From NCBI GenBank assembly GCA_965223705.1, contig OZ245015.1, positions 3,296,001-3,360,000 of the forward strand: a stretch of DNA of 64,000 nucleotides, read 5' to 3'. Both the position numbers and the translations under genes were made by a program. The stretch is from Myxococcota bacterium (GTDB lineage: Bacteria; Myxococcota_A; UBA9160; UBA6930). How positions within the stretch are numbered: the stretch's first letter is position 1; each line of letters starts with the position of its first letter. Below the pieces are notes generated by a model. The model was not told the origin of the DNA and made no database searches. It saw only the letters and a program-made list of their open reading frames with translations. Below, one piece after another: positions 55,012 through 64,000 of this stretch.

Positions 55012-55455
55012 ATGCCTACCTCACGCCTTGTTTTCTTGATGGGTGGTGTTCTCGCATGTCTCTTCGCGGCGTGTACGCGCGACGTGGAAGTCCCGCTGTC
55101 TGTTGCGACAGGGCCAAGTGGGCCGGGGCGCATGCTCTACGTGACTTACTGCGAAAGCTGCCACGGATCCTCCGGCACCGGGGATGGGCCGGTGGCATCC
55201 GCGCTGAGCACGCAGCCCACGGATCTCACCAAACTCTGGGAGCGATACGGCACGCCGCTCGACCGCGACAGGCTGGCCGAGCACATCGACGGACGCTCCA
55301 TGCTCTTCATGCACAGTCGTGAGATGCCGGTTTGGGGCCGTGACTTTTTCAAGGATGCCGATCCCGCCGGGCCCAACCTCGAATCGCTCAAGGACCAACT
55401 CATCGACGTCCTGATCGAATACATCGAAGGGCTCCAAACCAAGCGGAGCACCTAG
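55012..55455 (+). CDS. monoheme cytochrome c lipoprotein
   Basis: FAA-C lipobox; CESCHG..G.GDGP; PTDLT; MPVWG. Confidence 0.88.
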   Translation: MPTSRLVFLMGGVLACLFAACTRDVEVPLSVATGPSGPGRMLYVTYCESCHGSSGTGDGPVASALSTQPTDLTKLWERYGTPLDRDRLAEHIDGRSMLFMHSREMPVWGRDFFKDADPAGPNLESLKDQLIDVLIEYIEGLQTKRST

Positions 55456-55464
55456 CGCCGGGGA

Positions 55465-55935
55465 CTAGTTCGTCGCTGGGCGCTTGAGTACGAGATGTTG
55501 CATCTCGTAGTGCATGACGACTTCTGCGCGCTGGTTGACGATATCGAAGCGCGAATTCAGCACGCCCTTGTCTCCTTTACTCGTCTCTCGCGCAGAAAGC
55601 ACGGTGACCTCGACGTGGATGGTGTCACCTACCAGGATGGGCATCGGGATGCGCATCTTGTCGACGCCGAGGATGGCGACAAAGGTCTTGTCGTACAGAC
55701 CGGTGCGGATCCCGAGACCCTGCGCCATGCCCCACACCAACGCGGCGGGAGCGAAGCGTCCGCCGCGGATCGGGCTCTCGTTCTCGATGTATTCAATGTT
55801 GCAGAAGAGGTCTTCGTAAAGACCCGCGAGCGCGACGAAGTTGACGACGTCGGTCTCGAAGATCGTCCGCTTCGGTGTCTCGTAGCGGAACCCTTCCGGA
55901 AAGTCTTCGAAGTAGTGCAACAAGGAACTCCTCAT
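55465..55935 (-). CDS. MaoC/hot-dog fold dehydratase-like protein
   Basis: YFEDF, RTIFETDV.NF, PILVGDTI, NQRAEVV. Confidence 0.85.
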   Translation of the reverse strand: MRSSLLHYFEDFPEGFRYETPKRTIFETDVVNFVALAGLYEDLFCNIEYIENESPIRGGRFAPAALVWGMAQGLGIRTGLYDKTFVAILGVDKMRIPMPILVGDTIHVEVTVLSARETSKGDKGVLNSRFDIVNQRAEVVMHYEMQHLVLKRPATN

Positions 55936-56967
55936 TTACTCAAAGTGCGGGATCACGTGGCGAGCGAAGAGGCGCATGGAATGCTCAGTCAGGCGGGGAT
56001 CCATGCCCCCGATTTGCATCCAGAGGACCTGGTGCGTCACCGACGAAGCGGTAGCCGAGCGCTCGAGTTCTCGAATCGCGTCGTCCGGCGTTCCGACGAT
56101 CATCGGTGCACCGTAAAAGTGTAGATCCTTCGCTTCGGCGAGTTCTTCCGGCGCCGGAAGGGGATCGGGGCCGAAGAAACCGCCGGGCGGCGCCGGCACC
56201 CCGGCTTCGTTCAGCTTGCGAAGGTAGGTGGTCAAGATCTCGTGGATGTGAACGGCGGCGTTCTGCCAGGCTTGCTCGCGGGTCTCGGCCACGTGGGCCA
56301 TGCGCAGCGTGCCCTTCGAAAATTCTGACGGGTCGTGCCCGTAGTGACGCAACCGCTCCTCGTAGAGGGCGATGACTTCAGGGCTCCCAGCGCCGGCGAG
56401 ATGACAACCGAAACGCGCCGCGCGGTCGATCGCACCGGGCGCCAACGCGGCGACCCAGATCGGCAGCTCCGAAGTCGTGGGGCGCGGTCGCAACGAAACC
56501 GGTTCGAAGGCGTAGCGCTGCCCCTCGAAGCCGAACGGATCATTCTCCCAGAGACCGCGGATCACGGTGAGCCCTTCTTCGAGGCGCGAAGGTCGCTGAT
56601 TGTGGGGGATGCCGAAAGCGGCGTACTCGTCGACGTAGTAGCCCTGCCCCACGCCGAGATGGAAGCGGCCGTCCGAGAGCGCGTCGAGTGTCGCCGCCTG
56701 CTCCGCGACGCCAATGGGATGGTGGAGCGGCAAGACGACGATGTAGGTCCCGACCTGTATTCGGTGGGTCCTGGCGGCGATCGCCGCTAACACCGGCATC
56801 TGCTGCGAGAAATAGCCATCGCTGAAGTGGTGCTCGGCGGTCCAGATGCCGTTGTAGCCGAGTTCTTCCGCGAGCACCGCCAAGTCGATGGTCGTCCCGA
56901 AAAAGCGCGCCGACGGAGACTGATAGGTCGCCGGATTTCCCCCGGTCATGATGAGATCGAACTTCAT
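55936..56967 (-). CDS. LLM class flavin-dependent oxidoreductase
   Basis: WTAEHHF, HPIGVAEQAATLDALSDGR, GQGY. Confidence 0.9.
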   Translation of the reverse strand: MKFDLIMTGGNPATYQSPSARFFGTTIDLAVLAEELGYNGIWTAEHHFSDGYFSQQMPVLAAIAARTHRIQVGTYIVVLPLHHPIGVAEQAATLDALSDGRFHLGVGQGYYVDEYAAFGIPHNQRPSRLEEGLTVIRGLWENDPFGFEGQRYAFEPVSLRPRPTTSELPIWVAALAPGAIDRAARFGCHLAGAGSPEVIALYEERLRHYGHDPSEFSKGTLRMAHVAETREQAWQNAAVHIHEILTTYLRKLNEAGVPAPPGGFFGPDPLPAPEELAEAKDLHFYGAPMIVGTPDDAIRELERSATASSVTHQVLWMQIGGMDPRLTEHSMRLFARHVIPHFE

Positions 56968-57074
56968 GGGGCAAAGATCTCATGGCGCGGCACCTGGGTC
57001 CAACTCGAAACCGCGGCGATTCGTCCCTGAGCGCTCCGAGCGGTACCCTGACCGGACCAACTCTGAGAGGACTC

Positions 57075-58259
57075 ATGAACGCACCGCTTCGCTTCGGCAT
57101 CTTTCTCGCTCCGTTCCACCCGTCCGGGCAAAATCCGACCCTGGCGCTCGAACGGGATCTCGAGCTCGTCGTACGACTCGACGAACTGGGCTACGACGAG
57201 GCCTGGATCGGCGAGCACCACTCGGCTGGGTTGGAGATCATCGCCTCGCCGGAGATCTTCATTGCGGCGGCGGCCGAGCGAACGAAGAACATCCGCTTGG
57301 GCACCGGGGTGAGTTCCCTGCCCTACCACCATCCGCTGATTCTCGCGGATCGCATGGTTCAGCTCGACCATATGACCCGGGGACGCGCGATGTTCGGGGT
57401 CGGCCCCGGCGCGCTGCCGTCCGACGCGCACATGATGGGGATCGATCCCGCGGATCAACGCCGGCGGATGGAGGAATCCCTCGAAGCCATCATGCTGCTG
57501 TTGCGCTCCGACGAGCCGGTGACCATGGAAACCGATTGGTTCACGCTGCGCGATGCGCGGTTACAACTGCGTCCGTACAGCTATCCGCATTTCGAGGTCG
57601 CCGTCGCAGCCACGGTGTCGCCAGCAGGCCCCCGATCGGCCGGAAGGTTCGGCGCGGGCTTGCTCTCCCTCGGCGCGACGAGCGCCGGCGGGTTCAAGGT
57701 GCTGGGGGACCACTGGCGCGTCTGGAGTGACACGGCGAAGCAAGCCGGGTTCGAAGCGCAGCGCAGCAGTTGGCGCGCCGTCGGCGCGATGCACGTCGCC
57801 GAGTCCCGAGAACAGGCCTTCCGCGACGTCGAGTACGGCATTCACGAATGGATCGACTACTTCAAGAACGTCGTCGTGCTCCCGCTAGGGCCTACCGAGG
57901 ACGATCCCAAGAAATGGGTTCGCGCCTTGGTCGACTGCGGTACGGCGGTGATTGGAACACCTGACGACGCCGCCGCCCAAATCGAACGAATTCAGAAGCA
58001 GAGCGGTGGCTTCGGCGCGTTTCTATGCATGGCCAACGACTGGGCGGAACGCGAAGCCATGCTGCGCTCCTATGAGCTTCTCGCGAAACACGTGTTCCCC
58101 CGCTTCCAGGGATCAGCAGACCGCGCGGTGGCCTCGCGGGAATGGGCGCGGGCGGGGCACGACCGGCTGATGGGTTCCGCGATGGACGCCGTCATGCGCG
58201 AGATTGACCAGCACGAGAGCGCGACGGGCTACCGGGTGGGGCCGGAAGAAGAATCCTAG
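57075..58259 (+). CDS. LLM class flavin-dependent monooxygenase (limonene monooxygenase-like)
   Basis: FGIFLAPFH, WIGEHHS, LDHMTRGR.MFGVGPGALPSDA. Confidence 0.9.
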   Translation: MNAPLRFGIFLAPFHPSGQNPTLALERDLELVVRLDELGYDEAWIGEHHSAGLEIIASPEIFIAAAAERTKNIRLGTGVSSLPYHHPLILADRMVQLDHMTRGRAMFGVGPGALPSDAHMMGIDPADQRRRMEESLEAIMLLLRSDEPVTMETDWFTLRDARLQLRPYSYPHFEVAVAATVSPAGPRSAGRFGAGLLSLGATSAGGFKVLGDHWRVWSDTAKQAGFEAQRSSWRAVGAMHVAESREQAFRDVEYGIHEWIDYFKNVVVLPLGPTEDDPKKWVRALVDCGTAVIGTPDDAAAQIERIQKQSGGFGAFLCMANDWAEREAMLRSYELLAKHVFPRFQGSADRAVASREWARAGHDRLMGSAMDAVMREIDQHESATGYRVGPEEES

Positions 58260-58279
58260 CCCCCACAGAGGATCCTCTC

Positions 58280-59662
58280 GTGCGCGGTCCGGTGACTGCC
58301 CCCGACGACCGGGAGATCGGGACGGGGCAGCTCCTGGCCTACGCGCTTCCCGGGTTCGCCACGTCACTTGCCGCCCTACCTTTGGCGCTCTTCATCCCGG
58401 CATTCTACGGCCGGGATCTCGGGCTCCCGCTGGCTTCGGTGGGGCTGGCGATCGCAGCTTCGCGCATCTTTGACGTGATCACGGACCCGCTCGTCGGTTG
58501 GATGAGTGACCGAGCGTTGCTGCCCGGCGGGCGCCGGAAACCCTGGCTGCTTCTCGGAGTGCCGATCCTGCTGCTCGGTCTGTGGCGACTGTTCGTGCCT
58601 CCGGCCGATGCCGATCAGCGATACCTGTTCGTGTGGGCGGCTGTCTTCTTCTTGGGGACAACGTTAGTCGAGCTGCCCTATCGCGCCTGGGGTGCAGAGC
58701 TGTCAAAGAGCTACGACGGTCGCTCACGCATCACAGGCTGGCGCGAAGCCATGGGAGCCCTCGGACAAGTCGTGGTCCTTTTGGGCCTGGTCAGCCTGAG
58801 CGCGTGGGACCTGACCGGCTCGGCCGCGCAGCTTCGAGCCGTCGCAATTTCAGTCGCGGTGTTGCTTCCTGCCTGCGCGGTTGTCGCCGTCCGCTTTGCG
58901 CCCGAGGGTCGAAACGACAGCTTCGCGAAGGGCCGCCTCGGTCCCGGGCGAGCGCTCGGGCTCATCTTCCGCAATCCGGCATTCCTGCGGATGCTCGGTG
59001 TGGTCGCGTTCTTTGTGTCCGGTGTCGTGATGCAGGGGACGCTCCACCGGATGGTCCTCGCCGACGTCATCAAAGCAGAGGATTGGTTCGCCACCGTGCT
59101 GCTGCTCGAGAACACCGCTGCTCTTGCGTCGATCCCCATTTGGCTCAGCGTGAGCCGGCGCGTGGGGAAACATCGCGCGCTCGCCGGCGCCGCGACTTGG
59201 CTCGCGGCGTGGAGCCTGCCGCTCGTCGCGCTCGGGCCCGGAGAGGTCGGAAGCTACGTGGCTCTGATCGCGATCCGCGGTTCGAGCTTCGGTGCGATCT
59301 TGTTGCTTTCAAACTCGCTGGCGGCCGACGTGATCGACGTCGATACGCTCGCCTCGGGTCGGCAGCGCAGCGGTGCCTACTTCGCTGTCTGGGGCATGGC
59401 GACGAAAACGGCCGTCGGGCTCGGGGTCGTGCTGGGAACCGGACTTGCGGCGTTCGCGGGGTACGACGCCACAGCGCTCCCGCTCACGTCGGACGCACAA
59501 CAGGCGCTGTTGTGGGTGTACGGAGGCGTGCCGGCCTGCTTGATGGCCTTCGGCGCCCTTTTCCTGTGGCAGTTCCCGGTTACGCGTGACACACATCGAC
59601 GCGTCCGCGAGCAGCTCGACGCGACCGCCCTCATCTCACCGCGCCGACGGAACGGCGCGTAG
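58280..59662 (+). CDS. MFS transporter (GPH / MFS_2 family)
   Basis: DVITDPLVGWMSDR, GRRKPW, PYRAWGAELS..RSR, ADVID. Confidence 0.9.
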   Translation: MRGPVTAPDDREIGTGQLLAYALPGFATSLAALPLALFIPAFYGRDLGLPLASVGLAIAASRIFDVITDPLVGWMSDRALLPGGRRKPWLLLGVPILLLGLWRLFVPPADADQRYLFVWAAVFFLGTTLVELPYRAWGAELSKSYDGRSRITGWREAMGALGQVVVLLGLVSLSAWDLTGSAAQLRAVAISVAVLLPACAVVAVRFAPEGRNDSFAKGRLGPGRALGLIFRNPAFLRMLGVVAFFVSGVVMQGTLHRMVLADVIKAEDWFATVLLLENTAALASIPIWLSVSRRVGKHRALAGAATWLAAWSLPLVALGPGEVGSYVALIAIRGSSFGAILLLSNSLAADVIDVDTLASGRQRSGAYFAVWGMATKTAVGLGVVLGTGLAAFAGYDATALPLTSDAQQALLWVYGGVPACLMAFGALFLWQFPVTRDTHRRVREQLDATALISPRRRNGA

Positions 59663-60904
59663 ACGCGAGCGGGGTTTTTCAAAGACGATCTGCGAGACCG
59701 CAATCACGCGTTCGTCGAACCCACCTTCGCAGTAGGCGAAATAAAATGCCCACATGCGCAAAAATTTTTCGCTGAGGCCCGCCTGACGGAGGCCTTCCCA
59801 CTTCTCGGTCAAGCGTTCTCTCCAACGACGTAGTGTCTCGGCGTAGTGCGCGCTGATGTCTTCGAGCGCCGTCAAACGAAGGTCGGTGCTTTCACCCATG
59901 GCTCCGATCAGCGAGCCGACGGAAGGGAGTTGACCGCCCGGGAAGATGTATCGCTTGATGAAATCCACGCTTCGAAGCGACCGCTCGTAGTCTTGATCAC
60001 GATGAAGAATGGCTTGGATCGCCATGGCGCCGTCGGTTTCGAGACGGTCCGAGCAAGTTCGAAAGTACGTGGCGAGGTTATCGTGCCCGACCGCTTCGAC
60101 CATTTCGATCGACACCAAACGATCAAAACGACCCTCGAGATCCCGGTAGTCGCGAAGGAGCACCGTGACGCGCTCGCCGAGGCCAGCCGCGCGAACGCGC
60201 TCGGTCGTCAAGCGGTGCTGCTCTTCCGAGATCGTCGTCGTCGTTACGTGACAGCCGCGAGTTCGCGCCGCGTAGAGCGCGAAGCCGCCCCAACCGGTAC
60301 CGATCTCGAGCAACCGGTGTCGCTCGGCTAGGCCGAGGCGATGACACAGACGCTCATATTTCGCGGCTTGGGCGTCTTCGAGCGATTGAGACCGGTGTGC
60401 AAACAGTGCGCTCGAGTAAGTCATCGAGGGATCGAGAAAGCTGCGGAAGAAACCATTCCCGAGGTCGTAGTGAGCCGCGATGTTCTGACGACTCCCGCGG
60501 CGGGAATTCGATCGCCGCCAATGCACGAAGCGCAGCGCCTGCGCCTGGAATCTCGCAAGTCCCCGGTTGAGACCGACAACGGCCTCGCGATTCCGGGCGA
60601 GGAGGCGGATGATGCCGGGGAGATCTTCCGTGTCCCACCACCCTTCCATCCAGGCTTCGGCGCCGCCCAACGTGCCGCCGAAGACAATCGCGGGCCAAAA
60701 CTGCGGGTTTGTCACACGAAGCGTTGCGTTGGGGTCTGCAGATCCGCCCGCGCCGAGCACGTAGCTCTGATCGCCCTCGTGAAGGCGAATCGCATCGGAT
60801 CGGAGTCCGGCCAACCGGGCGATGACCGCCGATCGACACCGGCTTTCGAGCCAGCTCATACGATGGGTGGCGCGGGGCGCAGACGAGAGGATCCCTTCGC
60901 TCAT
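59636..60904 (-). CDS. cfa: cyclopropane-fatty-acyl-phospholipid synthase family methyltransferase (UfaM/CfaS-like)
   Basis: NIAAHYDLGN, MTYS, EIGTGWG, SIEMVEAVG, YIFPGG, YCEGGF. Confidence 0.9.
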   Translation of the reverse strand: MSEGILSSAPRATHRMSWLESRCRSAVIARLAGLRSDAIRLHEGDQSYVLGAGGSADPNATLRVTNPQFWPAIVFGGTLGGAEAWMEGWWDTEDLPGIIRLLARNREAVVGLNRGLARFQAQALRFVHWRRSNSRRGSRQNIAAHYDLGNGFFRSFLDPSMTYSSALFAHRSQSLEDAQAAKYERLCHRLGLAERHRLLEIGTGWGGFALYAARTRGCHVTTTTISEEQHRLTTERVRAAGLGERVTVLLRDYRDLEGRFDRLVSIEMVEAVGHDNLATYFRTCSDRLETDGAMAIQAILHRDQDYERSLRSVDFIKRYIFPGGQLPSVGSLIGAMGESTDLRLTALEDISAHYAETLRRWRERLTEKWEGLRQAGLSEKFLRMWAFYFAYCEGGFDERVIAVSQIVFEKPRSRLRAVPSAR

Positions 60905-61674
60905 GACGAGCTCCCTAGCGTGCGACTCCTCCGGCGGGGGTGAGGGTGGAAGGGCAATCGCGTCAGGAACAGGCGCAGCGCTCGAAAGTAGATCCCGAGC
61001 AGGACCTGGAGCGTCATCGCGGGAAACCGGAGCCAAGCGGCGGTTCTGCGGAGCGGCAGGCGTCGCATTACGAGTCGCGCCGCGAACACCGTTCGTTGCT
61101 GACCCTCCTCCTCTGCCTCACTCGAGAGGATAGCCAAGCGCAGGCTTTCTTCCGGTTCGTGGACGATCCAGTCGTAGCACTGCTCCATCGGCATGAAGGG
61201 GGAGACATGAAAGGCTTTCGCGACGCGTGCGAATCGGCCCGACAGAGCGACGTCGGGTGTCAACACGTAGCAATGCCGTTCTCCCCACGGCGTGTTGCTC
61301 ACCTCCGCAATCACGGCCTGGAGGGGTCCGTCCGCCGTCTCAAAGCAGAAGAAGAAACTCACCGGATTGAACGCAAAGCCAAAATGGCGGGGATGGGTCA
61401 GCAGACGCACCGGTCCTTCGGGCCTTCGGCCCGTGCGCTCCGCGACGAGCTCTCGTGCGCAGTCGATGAGTGGACGGTGGGGATCCCCGAGGTGATCCGG
61501 TCGATGAAAGGAAGCCCAACCGAACCGACCGCGCCGGAGAAACGGTGTGGTCGCGAGCGCTTCATCGAGGTCCTCGAGGTCGAGGTAGACCATGAGGAGG
61601 CGGTTCGTAAAGGCGGTCGGACGCGGAACGATGCGGCGGTGCCGGACGCGTCCTTCGTAGAGACAGCTCGTCAC
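60901..61674 (-). CDS. DUF1365 family protein (UfaO-like)
   Basis: YEGRVRHRR, FNPVSF, EVSNTPWGERH, KAFHVSPF. Confidence 0.9.
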   Translation of the reverse strand: MTSCLYEGRVRHRRIVPRPTAFTNRLLMVYLDLEDLDEALATTPFLRRGRFGWASFHRPDHLGDPHRPLIDCARELVAERTGRRPEGPVRLLTHPRHFGFAFNPVSFFFCFETADGPLQAVIAEVSNTPWGERHCYVLTPDVALSGRFARVAKAFHVSPFMPMEQCYDWIVHEPEESLRLAILSSEAEEEGQQRTVFAARLVMRRLPLRRTAAWLRFPAMTLQVLLGIYFRALRLFLTRLPFHPHPRRRSRTLGSSS

Positions 61675-61676
61675 GC

Positions 61677-62921
61677 CTAGGCCGTCCGGTTGATTCGCTC
61701 TGCGACGCGTTTCGCGCTCCACAAACCGTCCTCGTGGAATCCGTAGCGCCAGTAGGCTCCGCAAAAGTGCACGCCGCCCCCGCCGTCGATGGCGTCGAAT
61801 CGGGACTGGGCGGCGATGGTGTCCGAATCGAATACGGGATGGTGGTACGTCTCGCGTGACAGCACCTTGGCGGGGTCGATGCGGTCTTCGGCGTTGAGCG
61901 TGACGAGAAGCCGTTGCTGGTTCGGAATCGACTGCAGGCGGTTCATGTCGTAGGTCACAAGGACACGTGGCCGCGCGTCTGCCGTCACCCGGTAGTTCCA
62001 GCTCGCCGATGCGCGCTTGGCGCTCCCGAGAATCGTGTCGTCCGTATGGAGGATCGCATCGTTCTCTCGGTATCGAATGGCCGAGAGCACGCGGACTTCA
62101 TCGCGCGTGGGGTTGGCCAAAAGCCACAGGGACTGATCACTGTGCGTCGCCAAGACGACGCGATCAAAAGTCCGATCGTGCCCGTCCGCGAACAGCAGAC
62201 GAACCCCCGCGATCGACCGAACCACGGATCGAACCGAGTGGTTGAGATGAATTCGACCGGACAGCCGATCGGCGATCGCCTTCACGTAGCTGCGAGAGCC
62301 GCCGACCACGGTGCGCCAAGGGAGGAAGTTCTTGGTTCGAAGCAGCTGATGGTTGTGGAGGAACCGGGCGAAGGTCGAAGCGGGAAAATCGAGAAAGTCG
62401 CCGGGCGATGCGGACCAGATCGCGGCTCCGATCGGCCGGAGATAGAGGTCCCGGAAGCCTGGCGAGAAGCCGCGACCGGTGAGCCACTCTCCGAGCGAGG
62501 CCTTCCCGTCGTTGGAATCGAGCAACTGAGACGCCTCGCGGTTGAACCGAGGCAGCTCCCGCAGCATGTCTCGGAATTCTCGTCGCAGTAGGTTCCCGGG
62601 ACGGGCGAGCACGGACGACAATCCGCGGCTCGCCCACGCAACACCCGTCCGCTCGCAGACGACTCCGAAGCTCATTTCCGTCGGTTGGGTCTCGATTGCG
62701 AGTTCTCGCAGGAGAGCGACGAAGCCCGGATACGTCTGTTCGTTGTAGACGATAAAGCCCGTATCGACGGCGATGAGGCGGCCGCCGGTCTCGACGTCCG
62801 CGGTGTGCGCGTGCCCCCCGAGACGGTCGGCACTCTCGAAGAGGTGCACCTCGTGGCGGTCCCGCAAGGTGTGGGCTGCTACGAGACCGGAGATACCCGA
62901 TCCGACGACAGCGATTTTCAC
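61677..62921 (-). CDS. FAD-dependent oxidoreductase (UfaD-like)
   Basis: GSGISG, GGHAHT, DTGFIVYN, YDMNRLQ, GFHEDG. Confidence 0.9.
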   Translation of the reverse strand: MKIAVVGSGISGLVAAHTLRDRHEVHLFESADRLGGHAHTADVETGGRLIAVDTGFIVYNEQTYPGFVALLRELAIETQPTEMSFGVVCERTGVAWASRGLSSVLARPGNLLRREFRDMLRELPRFNREASQLLDSNDGKASLGEWLTGRGFSPGFRDLYLRPIGAAIWSASPGDFLDFPASTFARFLHNHQLLRTKNFLPWRTVVGGSRSYVKAIADRLSGRIHLNHSVRSVVRSIAGVRLLFADGHDRTFDRVVLATHSDQSLWLLANPTRDEVRVLSAIRYRENDAILHTDDTILGSAKRASASWNYRVTADARPRVLVTYDMNRLQSIPNQQRLLVTLNAEDRIDPAKVLSRETYHHPVFDSDTIAAQSRFDAIDGGGGVHFCGAYWRYGFHEDGLWSAKRVAERINRTA

Positions 62922-63961
62922 GGGGTGGGGTCCGCGCGGCGAAACCGGTAGTGCGACACCCACCACTCGTTTCCGTTTCGGTAGCCGAAGAGTTCGGCGC
63001 AGGCCATGAAGAACATGCGCCACCGCTGCAGCCGGATCTCCGCGTCGTCCGTCCCTGGGACGGCCTCGAAAGCGCGCACGAGCCGTTCGCGACGCGCATC
63101 GAGATTTTGCAGCCACGCTTCGCTGGTCTTCTCGTAGTGCTGTCCGCCGATTCGCCAGTGATGCTCGACCGTGAGTCGCTCCTGAAAATGGAGCAGATGC
63201 GTGTCACTCGGCATCATCCCGCCGGTAAAGAAGTTGCGGGCCATCCAGTCGGCTTCGCCCTTCGTTTCGTACGGGTAGCTCGAGCGGCGGTGGCAAAAGA
63301 TGTGGACGAAGAGTCGGCCCGCTGGCACGAGCCATTGCGAGATTCGCTGCATGAGAAGTGCGTGGTTTCGCACATGCTCGAACATTTCGATGGACACCAC
63401 GCGGTCGAAGCGGCCTTCGGGTTCAAACTGATTGATATCGGCCGTCACGACTTCGACGTTCTCGAGACCCAGGACGGCGCAGCGACCGAGGATGAACTCG
63501 CGCTGACTTTTCGAATTCGAAACCGCGACCACCTGGCAGCTCGGAAATCGCTCGGCGAGCCACAGCGAGAACGATCCCCACCCGCAACCGAGATCGAGCA
63601 CGCGCGCGCCCTCTTCGATCTGCGCCCGGTGCGCCGTCAACGCCAGCATGCTCTCCTCCGCGTCGGCGAGCGTCGTCACGCCGTTCGGCCAATGGGCGCA
63701 GCTGTACTTCAGGCGGGGCCCGAGAACGGCTTCGTAGAAAGCGGCGGGAACTTCGTAGTGCTGTCGGTTCGCCGCGTCTGTCGCGATCGCGATGGGGCCT
63801 CGCGACGCGTCTCGTAGAAAGGCCTCTTGTTCCTCCTGCTCGACTTCGCACCCGTTCGACTGCAGCTCAGTCAACCGTCGAGCGAGGAGCCTGCGGATGG
63901 CGAGCCGAATCCAGGAGTCCGGAATCCAGCCTTTTTCCGCGATTTCAATGGGGGTCACCAC
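62918..63961 (-). CDS. SAM-dependent methyltransferase (CFA/coclaurine N-methyltransferase-like)
   Basis: ANRQHYEVP, KYSC, DLGCGWGS, SIEMFEH, FFTGG, CAELF. Confidence 0.9.
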   Translation of the reverse strand: MVTPIEIAEKGWIPDSWIRLAIRRLLARRLTELQSNGCEVEQEEQEAFLRDASRGPIAIATDAANRQHYEVPAAFYEAVLGPRLKYSCAHWPNGVTTLADAEESMLALTAHRAQIEEGARVLDLGCGWGSFSLWLAERFPSCQVVAVSNSKSQREFILGRCAVLGLENVEVVTADINQFEPEGRFDRVVSIEMFEHVRNHALLMQRISQWLVPAGRLFVHIFCHRRSSYPYETKGEADWMARNFFTGGMMPSDTHLLHFQERLTVEHHWRIGGQHYEKTSEAWLQNLDARRERLVRAFEAVPGTDDAEIRLQRWRMFFMACAELFGYRNGNEWWVSHYRFRRADPTP

Positions 63962-64000
63962 AGATCCTCCGGCCGCTCAGAGGTTGTCTAGCGTCCGCTG

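Noticed and set aside
1..64000. CRISPR arrays, tRNA/rRNA, IS elements, prophage or defence systems
   Set aside because: No regularly spaced repeats, RNA-gene signatures, transposase, integrase or phage proteins were seen by eye.

Overview
GC-rich bacterial chromosomal window, densely coding (about 65 CDS). I found no rRNA, tRNA, CRISPR array, transposase or integrase. The organism is Gram-negative: it carries an Lpp/OprI-like lipoprotein, an L,D-transpeptidase and a periplasmic adaptor. A Myxococcota/Binatota-like lineage is only a guess from gene content. The left two thirds (1-42 kb) is an oxidative catabolic and redox region. It holds a complete four-gene soluble di-iron monooxygenase (SDIMO) in alkene-monooxygenase order (beta-coupling-alpha-reductase). 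The divergent TetR regulator resembles the Vibrio quorum-sensing regulators HapR/SmcR/LuxR, and a LuxR-type palindrome overlaps the SDIMO promoter. This part also has a Baeyer-Villiger monooxygenase, a reordered acetone-carboxylase-like operon, a P450, luciferase-like monooxygenases, GSTs and a MetE/epoxyalkane:CoM-transferase-family protein. Two selenoprotein genes are split by the ORF track: a UxxC peroxiredoxin-like gene and a CxxU AhpD-like gene, with SECIS-like hairpins at identical positions. In 42.2-55.5 kb all eight apparent transcription units carry a sigma-54 (-24/-12) motif. That island encodes USPs, an arginine-synthetase-like/carbamate kinase pair, FNT, DASS, a MacAB-like ABC system, cytochromes c and an LDT+Lpp pair. 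The right end encodes a cfa/DUF1365/FAD-oxidoreductase cluster resembling furan-fatty-acid synthesis genes. Several genes appear leaderless. Family calls come from motif recognition and remembered sequences, not database searches.
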